Notes under the pieces: model-generated
Database searches by the model: none
Told to the model about the DNA's origin: nothing
The model's input: the letters and a program-made list of their open reading frames with translations, nothing else
Assembly (NCBI GenBank): GCA_041736875.1
Contig: JBGSSV010000194.1
Span: forward strand, 1,993-65,992
Source of the DNA: Chthoniobacterales bacterium
GTDB lineage: Bacteria; Verrucomicrobiota; Verrucomicrobiia; Chthoniobacterales; JACTMZ01
Length of the DNA stretch: 64,000 bases
Direction: 5' to 3'
Part shown: positions 1-8,259 of the stretch, piece after piece
Layout of the letters: each line of letters starts with the position of its first letter
Position numbering within the stretch: the first letter of the stretch is position 1
Program-made: the position numbers and the translations under genes

Positions 1-2
1 CA

Positions 3-1658
3 TGGTGGAGCGAAGCCCGCTTCGGCCTCTTCATCCACTGGGGCGTTTACGCCGTGCCAGCGGGCATCCACCGCGGAAAGCGCACCCGCGGAGCCAGCGA
101 ATGGCTCATGCACGCCGCGAAAGTTCCCGTCGCGGACTACAAGCAACACGCCGAAGGCTTCACGGCGGAGAACTACGACCCCGAGGCCTGGGTGCAGGCC
201 GCCATCGACGCCGGCATGGGTTACCTCGTCATCACCGCCAAGCACCACGACGGCTTCGCCTTGTTCGACACGGCGGTGAACGACTGGAATGCGGTGCGCG
301 GTGCCAAAGCCGGCCGCGACTTGATCCGCGCCTTGGTTGAGGCCTGCCGCAAGGCCGGGTTGCCGATCGGGTTCTACTATTCGCAGGCGCAGGACTGGGT
401 GAACGGCGGGGCCGCCTTCGGAGACCAGTGGGACTCGGCGCAGGCGCGGGACTTCGACGATTACCTCGACCACACGGCCATTCCGCAGATCCGCGAGCTG
501 CTCACGCTCTACGGCCCCGATGTTCCCGCCCTGCTCTGGTGGGACACACCCGGGGAAATGACGCCAGAGCGGTGCGCCCGTATCGCAGCCGCCGTCGAGG
601 AACTCCGGCCGGGGTTACTGCAGAACGACCGCCTCGGCACGCAAACCGGCGGAGGACTGTTCGACACGCCCGAGCAGCGCATCCCGGCCAACCGCCCGTC
701 GCGCGCCTGGGAAACCTGCATGACCACGAACAACTCGTGGGGCTTCAACCAGCACGACCACGATTGGAAACCTCCGCATCTTCTCATACGGCAGCTGGGC
801 GAAGTCGTCTCCCAGGGCGGCAACTACCTGCTCAACATCGGGCCGCGCGCCGATGGCACCATTCCGCAGGAATCACTCGACGCCCTCCGCGCCATCGGCG
901 CGTGGATGCGCGTGAACGGGGCCGCCGTCCGCGGGGCCGGAGCCGGACCATTCCCCCACCGCATGCCGTGGGGCTTCGCCACCCGCACCGGCAAGACGGT
1001 GCATCTGCTGATCGACGAGTGGCCGCCCGATGGCCGGCTCGAATTGCCCCTGCTTGACGCCCCTCGAGCGATCCGTCTGCCGGCCGCCCCGGAACAGTCC
1101 GTCACAGCGGATATCACTCCCGGGGGCTTGGTCCTCGCACTGCCCTTGGCCGCTCCGGATGAGGCCCTCAGCGTGGTTTCACTCGACTTCGCCGCGGAAC
1201 CCCGGGTCGGACACATCCCCCCGCGTCCGCGTCCGCCGGTCATACCGCAACCCGCGGATGGCGTGGTCACCCTGAAGGCGGCCGACGCGGAAATCATCGG
1301 CGACCACTTGGCCCTCCTCGCCGGCTCCCCCCCGTGGCTCGGTTGCTGGAGCCACGGCGATTCCCACCCGCTCTGGCGCGTCGATCTCCACCGTGCCGGG
1401 ACCTACCGCGTCGAACTGGACTACGCCGTGCCGCCCCACCGTCAGGGGACTTTGCTCGACCTCGCCTGCGGCGAACAACGCCCGCGCGTTTGCATCCACG
1501 GCACCGGGGGGTGGGAGGAATTCGTCCGCCTCGATGCCGGCGAAGTCACCCTCGAACCGGCGGAAGCCCTCGAGATCCGCGTCCTGCCGGTCACCGTTCC
1601 CCTCGGCGCGGTGATGAACCTGCGCACCGTCATCCTGACGCCGGTGGCGCGTCGCTGA
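3..1658 (+). CDS. alpha-L-fucosidase, GH29 family (5' end outside the window) with an extra C-terminal beta-sandwich-like region
   Basis: Frame 3 is open from the window edge. Nt 3-53 read WWSEARFGLFIHWGVYAVPAG and run into tracked ORF 54..1658 (ITAKHHDGFALFDT). The RFGLFIHWG and KHHDGF blocks are GH29 signatures. The last ~130 aa (GWEEFVRLDAGEVTLEP...) look like an appended binding module. Confidence 0.9.
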   Translation, partial: WWSEARFGLFIHWGVYAVPAGIHRGKRTRGASEWLMHAAKVPVADYKQHAEGFTAENYDPEAWVQAAIDAGMGYLVITAKHHDGFALFDTAVNDWNAVRGAKAGRDLIRALVEACRKAGLPIGFYYSQAQDWVNGGAAFGDQWDSAQARDFDDYLDHTAIPQIRELLTLYGPDVPALLWWDTPGEMTPERCARIAAAVEELRPGLLQNDRLGTQTGGGLFDTPEQRIPANRPSRAWETCMTTNNSWGFNQHDHDWKPPHLLIRQLGEVVSQGGNYLLNIGPRADGTIPQESLDALRAIGAWMRVNGAAVRGAGAGPFPHRMPWGFATRTGKTVHLLIDEWPPDGRLELPLLDAPRAIRLPAAPEQSVTADITPGGLVLALPLAAPDEALSVVSLDFAAEPRVGHIPPRPRPPVIPQPADGVVTLKAADAEIIGDHLALLAGSPPWLGCWSHGDSHPLWRVDLHRAGTYRVELDYAVPPHRQGTLLDLACGEQRPRVCIHGTGGWEEFVRLDAGEVTLEPAEALEIRVLPVTVPLGAVMNLRTVILTPVARR

Positions 1659-1663
1659 ATCGC

Positions 1664-4021
1664 ATGATCGGCCTCCGCACCCCCTCGGCGTTCCTGGTGG
1701 TCGGCACGGTCTTGGGCTTCGCCGCAGCGACGGCTCGCGCCGAGGGGAATTCCTCGCACGGCGTCACCGTTGCGGTGGATTGGCCGTCGTTCCTCGGCCG
1801 CCACGACCTCGTTTGGGAACAGCTTCCGCGGCAGTGGAACGAGGGGGCCTTCACCGGCAACGGCCAACTCGGGACCATGTTCCACATGACGCCCGAAGGC
1901 GACGGCCTCGTGTTCCACCTCGGTCGGGCCGATGTGACCGACCACCGCAAGGCCCCCGACCGCAAAACCTCGATGGGCACGCCGGGCGCGGGCGTGATGT
2001 ATGACCATTGCCGGCTCGATGTCGGCCGCCTGATCTTGCGCCCCGCCGGCCGCATCCTCGAGGGCACGGTGCGTCAGGACCTTTGGAACGCCGAAGTGAC
2101 CGCCGAGGTGAAAACCGATCGCGGCGCGCTGCGCTTGCGCTTCCTCACGCCGCGCACGCGCATGATGCAGGTTTACGAGGTGTCCTCGACGGAGCAGGAC
2201 GAGGCCGGGAAGCCCTTGCCGTGGCGATGGGAATTCCATCCGGGCAATCCCGATTCGCCCCGCGCCCAGATCGAGGCGGCGCAGGGCAACCCGCGCGGCG
2301 ACTACACGCCGAACCCCGACCCGGTGCTGACGGAGATCGACGGCACCGCGGTCTGCGTCCAACCCCTTCTCGCCGGCGGCGACTACGCCACCGCCTGGCG
2401 GTCCGTGCGCGGGGAAGACGCGCGCAGCGGCCGCCTCATCGTCAGCACCGCCAACGAAGTCCCCGCGACGGACCGCTCCGGTGCCATGGCCGCGGAGGAG
2501 GTGCAGCGTGCAGCCGGCGAACCATTCGAGGGCATCCTGCGGGAGCACCGCGCGTGGTGGCATGATTACTACCAGCGGACTTTTCTGAGCATCCCGGACG
2601 TGCGGTTGGAGGCGTTCTATTGGATCCAGATGCACAAGCTGGCCTCAGCTTGGCGCGAGGACGCACCGGCTATTGATCTGAACGGTCCGTGGTTCCGCGT
2701 CACCCAATGGCCCGGCGTGTGGTGGAACCTCAACATCCAACTCACCTACTGGCCGGTCTATGCCGGCAACCGCTTGGAGATCGGCCGGAACTACCTCGAC
2801 CTTGTGGACGGACTCTTCGACACGACCTTCGTCGGCGCGGCCAAGGGCAAGACGTTCGGCGACTACGTCTGGGCCCTGCACAACTACTGGTGGCAGCTCC
2901 GTTTCGCAGGTGACCGCGAAGGACTCCGGGAACGCTGGGTGCCGAAGGCCCGTCAACTCGCCGACGCCTTCACCGCCCGCCTCGTCCGCAACCACGCAGG
3001 CAAACTCGGACTGCCCGCCATGGGCTCTCCAGAATACAAGGGCTTCCAGGCCTTCGACGACACCAACTACAACCTCGGACTGCTGCGATGGCTGCTCGGT
3101 GCCCTGATCGAGGAGGCCGAACACGACGGGAGGGGCGACAGTGCCGACGTGGACGGCTGGAGGCGCGTGCTCGCCGAGATAGTTGATTTTCCGACCGATG
3201 CAAACGGCCTGAAGATCGGCCGCGATCAGCCGGTGGACATGTCGCACCGCCACTACTCGCACCTCCTGCCGCTCTACCCACTCTACGTCATGGACCCTGA
3301 TGACGCGGCCACCCGCGAACTCTTGATCCGCAGCGCAAAGCACTGGCACGGCATTGAAAACGGCAAGGCCCTGGCCGGCTACTCGTTCACCGGGGGCGCT
3401 TCGATCTACGCGTCGCTCGGTCTGGGTGAGGAGGCGCACGGACTGCTCAACGACTTCCTCGACAATGCCCGCGGCGGAGGCAAGGTCCTGCCCAACACCT
3501 TCTACGTCGAGACCGCCGGGAGGAACCCGGTCATCGAAACACCGCTGAGCGCGGCCTCGGCCACGATGGACCTCCTCATTCAGAGCTGGCGGGGCAAAAT
3601 TCGCATCTTCCCCGCCGTGCCGCCCACATGGCGCGACGCGGTGTTCCACCAACTGCGGGCGATGGACGGCTTTGTCGTCAGCGCCCGCCGCCGCGAGGGT
3701 CGCACCGACTGGGTCCACTTGCGCAGCGAAGCCGGGGAGCCGTGCGTCATCCGCGTCGCAGATTGGAGCGGCCCGCTGAGTGCTCGCAGCTCGTCGCCCG
3801 TGGAGATCACGGAGATCACACCGGGCGAGTATCGGCTGGATCTGGCCAAGGGCAACGATGTGCTGCTTTTCCCGGCCGGACGCGATCAGCCCACCGCCAT
3901 CGTTGAGCCCGTGCCCGCCGCGAACTCAAACCCCTACGGAGTGAAGAAGGGCCACGGCCTCAAGGAAGACCAGACCTGGCCGGTGCCGGCCCGCGCATTA
4001 CCCACCGCCGCCATCCCTTGA
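1664..4021 (+). CDS. secreted six-hairpin glycoside hydrolase, GH95-like (family uncertain)
   Basis: Tracked ORF 1334..4021 overlaps the upstream gene. An in-frame ATG at 1664, 5 nt after that gene's stop, gives the signal peptide MIGLRTPSAFLVVGTVLGFAAATARAEG. WWHDYYQRTF, FYWIQMHKLA and WWNLNIQLTYWPVYAGNRLE resemble the NxNxQMNYW block of GH95-type enzymes. The match is from motif memory only. Confidence 0.6.
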   Translation: MIGLRTPSAFLVVGTVLGFAAATARAEGNSSHGVTVAVDWPSFLGRHDLVWEQLPRQWNEGAFTGNGQLGTMFHMTPEGDGLVFHLGRADVTDHRKAPDRKTSMGTPGAGVMYDHCRLDVGRLILRPAGRILEGTVRQDLWNAEVTAEVKTDRGALRLRFLTPRTRMMQVYEVSSTEQDEAGKPLPWRWEFHPGNPDSPRAQIEAAQGNPRGDYTPNPDPVLTEIDGTAVCVQPLLAGGDYATAWRSVRGEDARSGRLIVSTANEVPATDRSGAMAAEEVQRAAGEPFEGILREHRAWWHDYYQRTFLSIPDVRLEAFYWIQMHKLASAWREDAPAIDLNGPWFRVTQWPGVWWNLNIQLTYWPVYAGNRLEIGRNYLDLVDGLFDTTFVGAAKGKTFGDYVWALHNYWWQLRFAGDREGLRERWVPKARQLADAFTARLVRNHAGKLGLPAMGSPEYKGFQAFDDTNYNLGLLRWLLGALIEEAEHDGRGDSADVDGWRRVLAEIVDFPTDANGLKIGRDQPVDMSHRHYSHLLPLYPLYVMDPDDAATRELLIRSAKHWHGIENGKALAGYSFTGGASIYASLGLGEEAHGLLNDFLDNARGGGKVLPNTFYVETAGRNPVIETPLSAASATMDLLIQSWRGKIRIFPAVPPTWRDAVFHQLRAMDGFVVSARRREGRTDWVHLRSEAGEPCVIRVADWSGPLSARSSSPVEITEITPGEYRLDLAKGNDVLLFPAGRDQPTAIVEPVPAANSNPYGVKKGHGLKEDQTWPVPARALPTAAIP

Positions 4022-4141
4022 AAAGGTCCGTGAAGAGGAATCCCCGCCCCGCAAACTTTCGCGGAAGTTGCGATAAGTTTGCAAAGAAATTCCCGGCGAA
4101 AAATTCGCCCGCGGCTCCGACGCGTGTATTTTGACGGTCAC

Positions 4142-6334
4142 ATGAAGCCCCCCACCTGCGCCCGCGGGCCGCTCTTCGCCGCGGCTGTTCTGCTTTCCAT
4201 CGCCCTCACGCCCGTTCGCGCCACCACGATCTACGTCTCGCCTGAGGGGGCCGGGGCGGCGGATGGCAAGTCACCGGAATCGGCCTTCGCCGGCGTGCCG
4301 ACAGCGCGCGACGCGATCCGCCAGCGGAAATCCGCAGGGGAGACCGGTCCTTTCACCGTCGAGTTGCTGCCCGGCACCTATCCTGTGAAGGAAACCATCC
4401 GTTTCGGCCCGGAGGACTCCGGCACGAAGGACGCTCCCGTGACCTACCGCGCCCGCGAACCGCGGACCGCCCGGCTCACCGGCGCGCGCGCGTTCAGGAT
4501 TTCGGACTTCACGAAACCGGACGAGGACCTGCTGGGCCGGCTTGACCCCGCCGCCCGGCACCGCGTTGTCGTGCTCGACCTCGACGCCAAGAGCGTTTCC
4601 CACGCCGATCCTTTCCCGCCCATGTTTTCGGACCGCGGCGGCATCTTCGAATTGTTCGACACCGACGGCCGCTTACCCCTCTCCCGCTGGCCGAACGAGG
4701 GCTACACCACCATGGGGGAGACGCTCGACATCGGGGACAAGAACACGCCGGGCACGTTCAAGTTCAAGGACGACCGCCCGCTCCGCTGGCTCAAGAACCC
4801 CAGTGTCTGGCTCAAGGGCCAATGGCGCGTCGGGTGGGAAGACCCGGCCATCCGGGTCGACACGATCGATCCCGAGGCGCGCACGATCAAGTTCGCCGCC
4901 GGCATCCCCGGCGGCATCGGCTCGAAATACCATAGGCCGAAGGACAACTCGCCCATCGGATCGGGCCAGGAGCCCTGGGCCGCGATCAACCTCCCCGAGG
5001 AGATCGACCAACCCGGCGAATGGGCCATCGACTTCGCCAAGCGCAGCCTCATCCTCTGGCCGCGCCACGCCGCGCCGGACGACGAGATCATCATCACGCA
5101 GTTCGACCAGCCGGTCATCGCCGTGGAAGGCGCGACCGACCTCGTCTTCGAGAACCTCGTCATCCAGCACTCGCTCGGCGAGGGCATCGTGCTCGAGGAC
5201 GTGGACCGCTGCCTCGTCGTCGGTTGCATCATCCGCGACATCGCCGGACGCGGCGTCGTGCTGCACGGCATGAACTCCGGCATCCGGAGTTGCGACATCC
5301 ACGACATCGGGGAGGGTGCAGTCTACGTGAGCGGCGGGGACCGGAAGACGATCACGAAGTCGAACAATTTCGTCCTCAACAACCACCTCCACCACTTCGG
5401 CATCCTCAAGCGGCAGTATTCCCCCGGCATCGGGGTCGGCGTCCTCGCCAACCCGGCCGACCCCAAAGCCGTCCGCGACGCCGTGGGCATCCGCTGCGCG
5501 AACAACGTCATCCACCACTCGCCGCGCGACGCCTTCCTCTACTCGGGCAACGACAACCTCTACGAACTCAACGAGGTCTACTATTGCGGCTTCGACACCA
5601 AGGACACCGGCGTCTTCTACTCATGGCTCGACTGGACGATGCGCGGGAACGTCATCCGTCACAACTTCATGCACAGCACCATCGGCGGCGTGAATCCGGA
5701 CGACGGTGCCTCCGGCAACATCACCACGGGCAATGTCTTCGCCGGTCCGCGCATCGGCGTCTGGATCGCCTCGGGGCCGGACAACATCACCCGCCACAAC
5801 ATCTTCGTGAAGGACGAGGGCTCGGTCTTCGGCATCGACGACCGAGGCGTCAGCCGCGGCTACGCCACGAACCAGCGCCTGACCAAGCGCGTGGAGGAGA
5901 TCAACCCGACGCAGGAGCCGTGGAAAAGCGCGCACCCCGAGGTCGCCACCATGCTGACTAACCGTCCGGAACTCCCGTGGCGCACGGAATTCTCGGGCAA
6001 CCTCATCGTCTCGAAGAACCCCGCGCCCTCGGAACTCAAGATGAAGCCTGAGTTCCGCACGAACCCCGCGATCCTCCTCGAGACGAACAACGTCACGGTC
6101 ACCAATGACCCCGGCTTCGCCAACCCGTCCGCGTTCGACTACTCGCTTGCCGTGGACAATCCCATCGTCCAGCAGATCCCCGGCTTCCAGCCGATCCCGT
6201 TCGACAAGATCGGGCTGCAGGTGGATCAATACCGCACCAACCTCCCCACCGAGGCCCAACGAATGCGCGCCCCCGAATTCTCGCCCTACAAGGAGGACAA
6301 GGAGAAGAAGTTCGGCACGCAGGAACCAGCGTAA
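4142..6334 (+). CDS. secreted right-handed parallel beta-helix repeat protein (pectin-lyase fold; GH141-like or lyase-like)
   Basis: An in-frame ATG at 4142 gives the signal peptide MKPPTCARGPLFAAAVLLSIALTPVRA. TIYVSPEGAGAADGKSPESAF is a typical start for beta-helix CAZymes. The body has repeated short turns rich in N/G/I/H (NNHLHHFG, CANNVIHHSPRDA, GNVIRHNFMH, NITRHNIF). Confidence 0.6.
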   Translation: MKPPTCARGPLFAAAVLLSIALTPVRATTIYVSPEGAGAADGKSPESAFAGVPTARDAIRQRKSAGETGPFTVELLPGTYPVKETIRFGPEDSGTKDAPVTYRAREPRTARLTGARAFRISDFTKPDEDLLGRLDPAARHRVVVLDLDAKSVSHADPFPPMFSDRGGIFELFDTDGRLPLSRWPNEGYTTMGETLDIGDKNTPGTFKFKDDRPLRWLKNPSVWLKGQWRVGWEDPAIRVDTIDPEARTIKFAAGIPGGIGSKYHRPKDNSPIGSGQEPWAAINLPEEIDQPGEWAIDFAKRSLILWPRHAAPDDEIIITQFDQPVIAVEGATDLVFENLVIQHSLGEGIVLEDVDRCLVVGCIIRDIAGRGVVLHGMNSGIRSCDIHDIGEGAVYVSGGDRKTITKSNNFVLNNHLHHFGILKRQYSPGIGVGVLANPADPKAVRDAVGIRCANNVIHHSPRDAFLYSGNDNLYELNEVYYCGFDTKDTGVFYSWLDWTMRGNVIRHNFMHSTIGGVNPDDGASGNITTGNVFAGPRIGVWIASGPDNITRHNIFVKDEGSVFGIDDRGVSRGYATNQRLTKRVEEINPTQEPWKSAHPEVATMLTNRPELPWRTEFSGNLIVSKNPAPSELKMKPEFRTNPAILLETNNVTVTNDPGFANPSAFDYSLAVDNPIVQQIPGFQPIPFDKIGLQVDQYRTNLPTEAQRMRAPEFSPYKEDKEKKFGTQEPA

Positions 6335-6385
6335 AGAAAGTAGGAAGGCTGAAGTATGAATGCCTGCCCAAGCCCAAACTCCCCT

Positions 6386-6406
6386 CACTGAAAACTGAAC
6401 ACTGAA
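6386..6406 (+). repeat. three tandem heptamers NACTGAA (CACTGAA AACTGAA CACTGAA) ending 14 nt before the ATG at 6420
   Basis: Read directly from cactgaaaactgaacactgaaaacc in the 85-nt intergenic gap. Confidence 0.5.
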
Positions 6407-6419
6407 AACCCTCCCGCCC

Positions 6420-8087
6420 ATGCTCCGCTCCCTCATCCTTCGCACTTCATCCTTCATCCTTCTCACCTCGGCGCCTTTCGCCTACGCCGAGGTGGCGCTC
6501 CATCCGCTCTTCACGGACGGCATGGTCCTCCAACGTGAGAGCGTCGTGCCGGTCTGGGGCACGACCGCCCCCGGTGAGAAGGTCACGGTCGAATTCGCCG
6601 GGCAGACCGCCGAAGCCACGGCGGATGGCGACGGACGGTGGATGGCCAAGCTCAAAGGCCTACCGCCCTCGTCCGAGTCGCGCATCCTCACGGTCATGGG
6701 CGCGAACACTCTCACAGTCAATGATGTCGTGGTCGGAGACGTCTTCCTCGCCGGCGGCCAGTCGAACATGGACTCCCCGCTCAGCTCGGGTTCCGCCGCC
6801 GAGGCGCTGCCCACGGCGAACGACCCGCTCCTGCGCTTCCTCACCGTGAAGAAATCCGTTGCCGCGGAACCGCAGACTGCCGTCCAGGGCGAATGGCTCG
6901 CCACCACCCCGGACAACGCCAAGGGCTTCTCCGCCATTGCTTACTTCTTCGCCAGGGACGTCCGCGAGACCCAGAAGGTTCCTGTCGGCGTGATCCGTTC
7001 GGCCTGGGGAGGCACGCCGATCAAGACATGGATGAGCCTCGACAGCCTCCGCAAGGATCCGCCCGTCGCCGCCACGCTCAAGGAATGGGACGACGCTTTT
7101 GCCAAATATCAGGCCGTGAAAGACCAACCCGAAGTCATGGAGGCCTACTACAAGGACATGAAGGACTGGGAAACGAACGTCGAGCCCGCCTTCAAGGCAG
7201 CGAAGAAGACCCACCCCGAAGCGGTCGCCGCCGCCAAGGCCGCCGGACAGGCCCCGCCGCCCGCCCCCACCCCATCCCGCCCGGAGCCCGTCATGCCGAA
7301 CCCCATTGCCATGCCCTCGGCCAGCAAGCGCCCGTCGGTCCCGTCGATCAGCTACAACGCCATGATAGCCCCGCTCGCGCCCTACGGACTGCGCGGCATC
7401 CTCTGGTATCAGGGCGAAGCGGACGGCAGCCGCGGTCCCGAATACCGCGTCCTCTTCCCGCGCCTGATCGAGGGATGGCGGGCCGACTTCGACCAGCCCG
7501 CCCTGCCCTTCCTCTTCGTCCAGCTCCCGGCCAGCGGGACCGACCCCGCCATCGTGGCGGACAAAGGCATGCCCGTCCTCCGCGCCGCCCAAGCCTCCGC
7601 CCTCGCGCTGCCCGCCACCGGCATGGCGGTCACGCTCGACATCGGCGAGGCCAAGGACGCCCACCCGGACAATAAACTCCACGTCGGCCACCGCCTCGCC
7701 CTCGCCGGACGCAAGGTCGTTTACGGCGAGGATATCGTGGCCGCGGGCCCTACCTACGCCTCGCACGAGATCCGCGAGGGCAAGGTTGCGATCAAGTTCA
7801 CCAACACCGGCGGCGGACTGATCATCGGACAAGCCCCGTGGCGGGCGAAATCCATGCCTGAGGTTCCGACCGGCAAACTTGCCGGTTTTGCCCTCGCGGG
7901 AGCGGACGGCCAATGGTCCGCCGCCGAGGCGAGCATCGAGGGCGACACTGTCGTCGTCTCCAGCCCGTCCGTCCCCCAGCCCGCCGACGTCGCCTACGGC
8001 TGGGCCGACTCGCCTTCGGTCAACCTTTACAACAAGGAGAACCTCCCTGCCGCGCCGTTCCGCACGGACGCTGTGCATGGCAGGTGA
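6420..8087 (+). CDS. sialate O-acetylesterase-family (SASA/DUF303) carbohydrate esterase
   Basis: Signal peptide MLRSLILRTSSFILLTSAPFAYA. The VFLAGGQSNM catalytic-serine block and GILWYQGEADG block are typical of this family. Confidence 0.85.
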   Translation: MLRSLILRTSSFILLTSAPFAYAEVALHPLFTDGMVLQRESVVPVWGTTAPGEKVTVEFAGQTAEATADGDGRWMAKLKGLPPSSESRILTVMGANTLTVNDVVVGDVFLAGGQSNMDSPLSSGSAAEALPTANDPLLRFLTVKKSVAAEPQTAVQGEWLATTPDNAKGFSAIAYFFARDVRETQKVPVGVIRSAWGGTPIKTWMSLDSLRKDPPVAATLKEWDDAFAKYQAVKDQPEVMEAYYKDMKDWETNVEPAFKAAKKTHPEAVAAAKAAGQAPPPAPTPSRPEPVMPNPIAMPSASKRPSVPSISYNAMIAPLAPYGLRGILWYQGEADGSRGPEYRVLFPRLIEGWRADFDQPALPFLFVQLPASGTDPAIVADKGMPVLRAAQASALALPATGMAVTLDIGEAKDAHPDNKLHVGHRLALAGRKVVYGEDIVAAGPTYASHEIREGKVAIKFTNTGGGLIIGQAPWRAKSMPEVPTGKLAGFALAGADGQWSAAEASIEGDTVVVSSPSVPQPADVAYGWADSPSVNLYNKENLPAAPFRTDAVHGR

Positions 8088-8259
8088 CGACCGGGCGGGC
8101 GGCGTGGGGGGCACGGGAAGCAGTGCCGGGGCGGCCAGGACCGGGGGGAGCTGGATCGGATTCGTCGTGGTTCGGGGTCGGTCGACCATGTTCCAGGCGA
8201 GGCGCGCCTGCGGACGGAAATCAGTGGATCGGCTGGAGGTTGCGACCGGGTTTGCTTCC

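Noticed and set aside
1334-1663. Long N-terminal extensions of tracked ORFs: 1334, 4079, 14482, 18601, 21397, 23155, 34741, 42672, 50699 and 53309.
   Set aside because: The extensions overlap upstream genes or read as Arg/Pro-rich junk. Internal ATG or GTG codons immediately precede good signal peptides or conserved N-termini, so I moved the starts there.
8088-8259. A terminator or small gene in the 172-nt convergent gap after the esterase.
   Set aside because: I found no convincing stem-loop or T-run. The overlapping small ORFs are G+C-rich junk.
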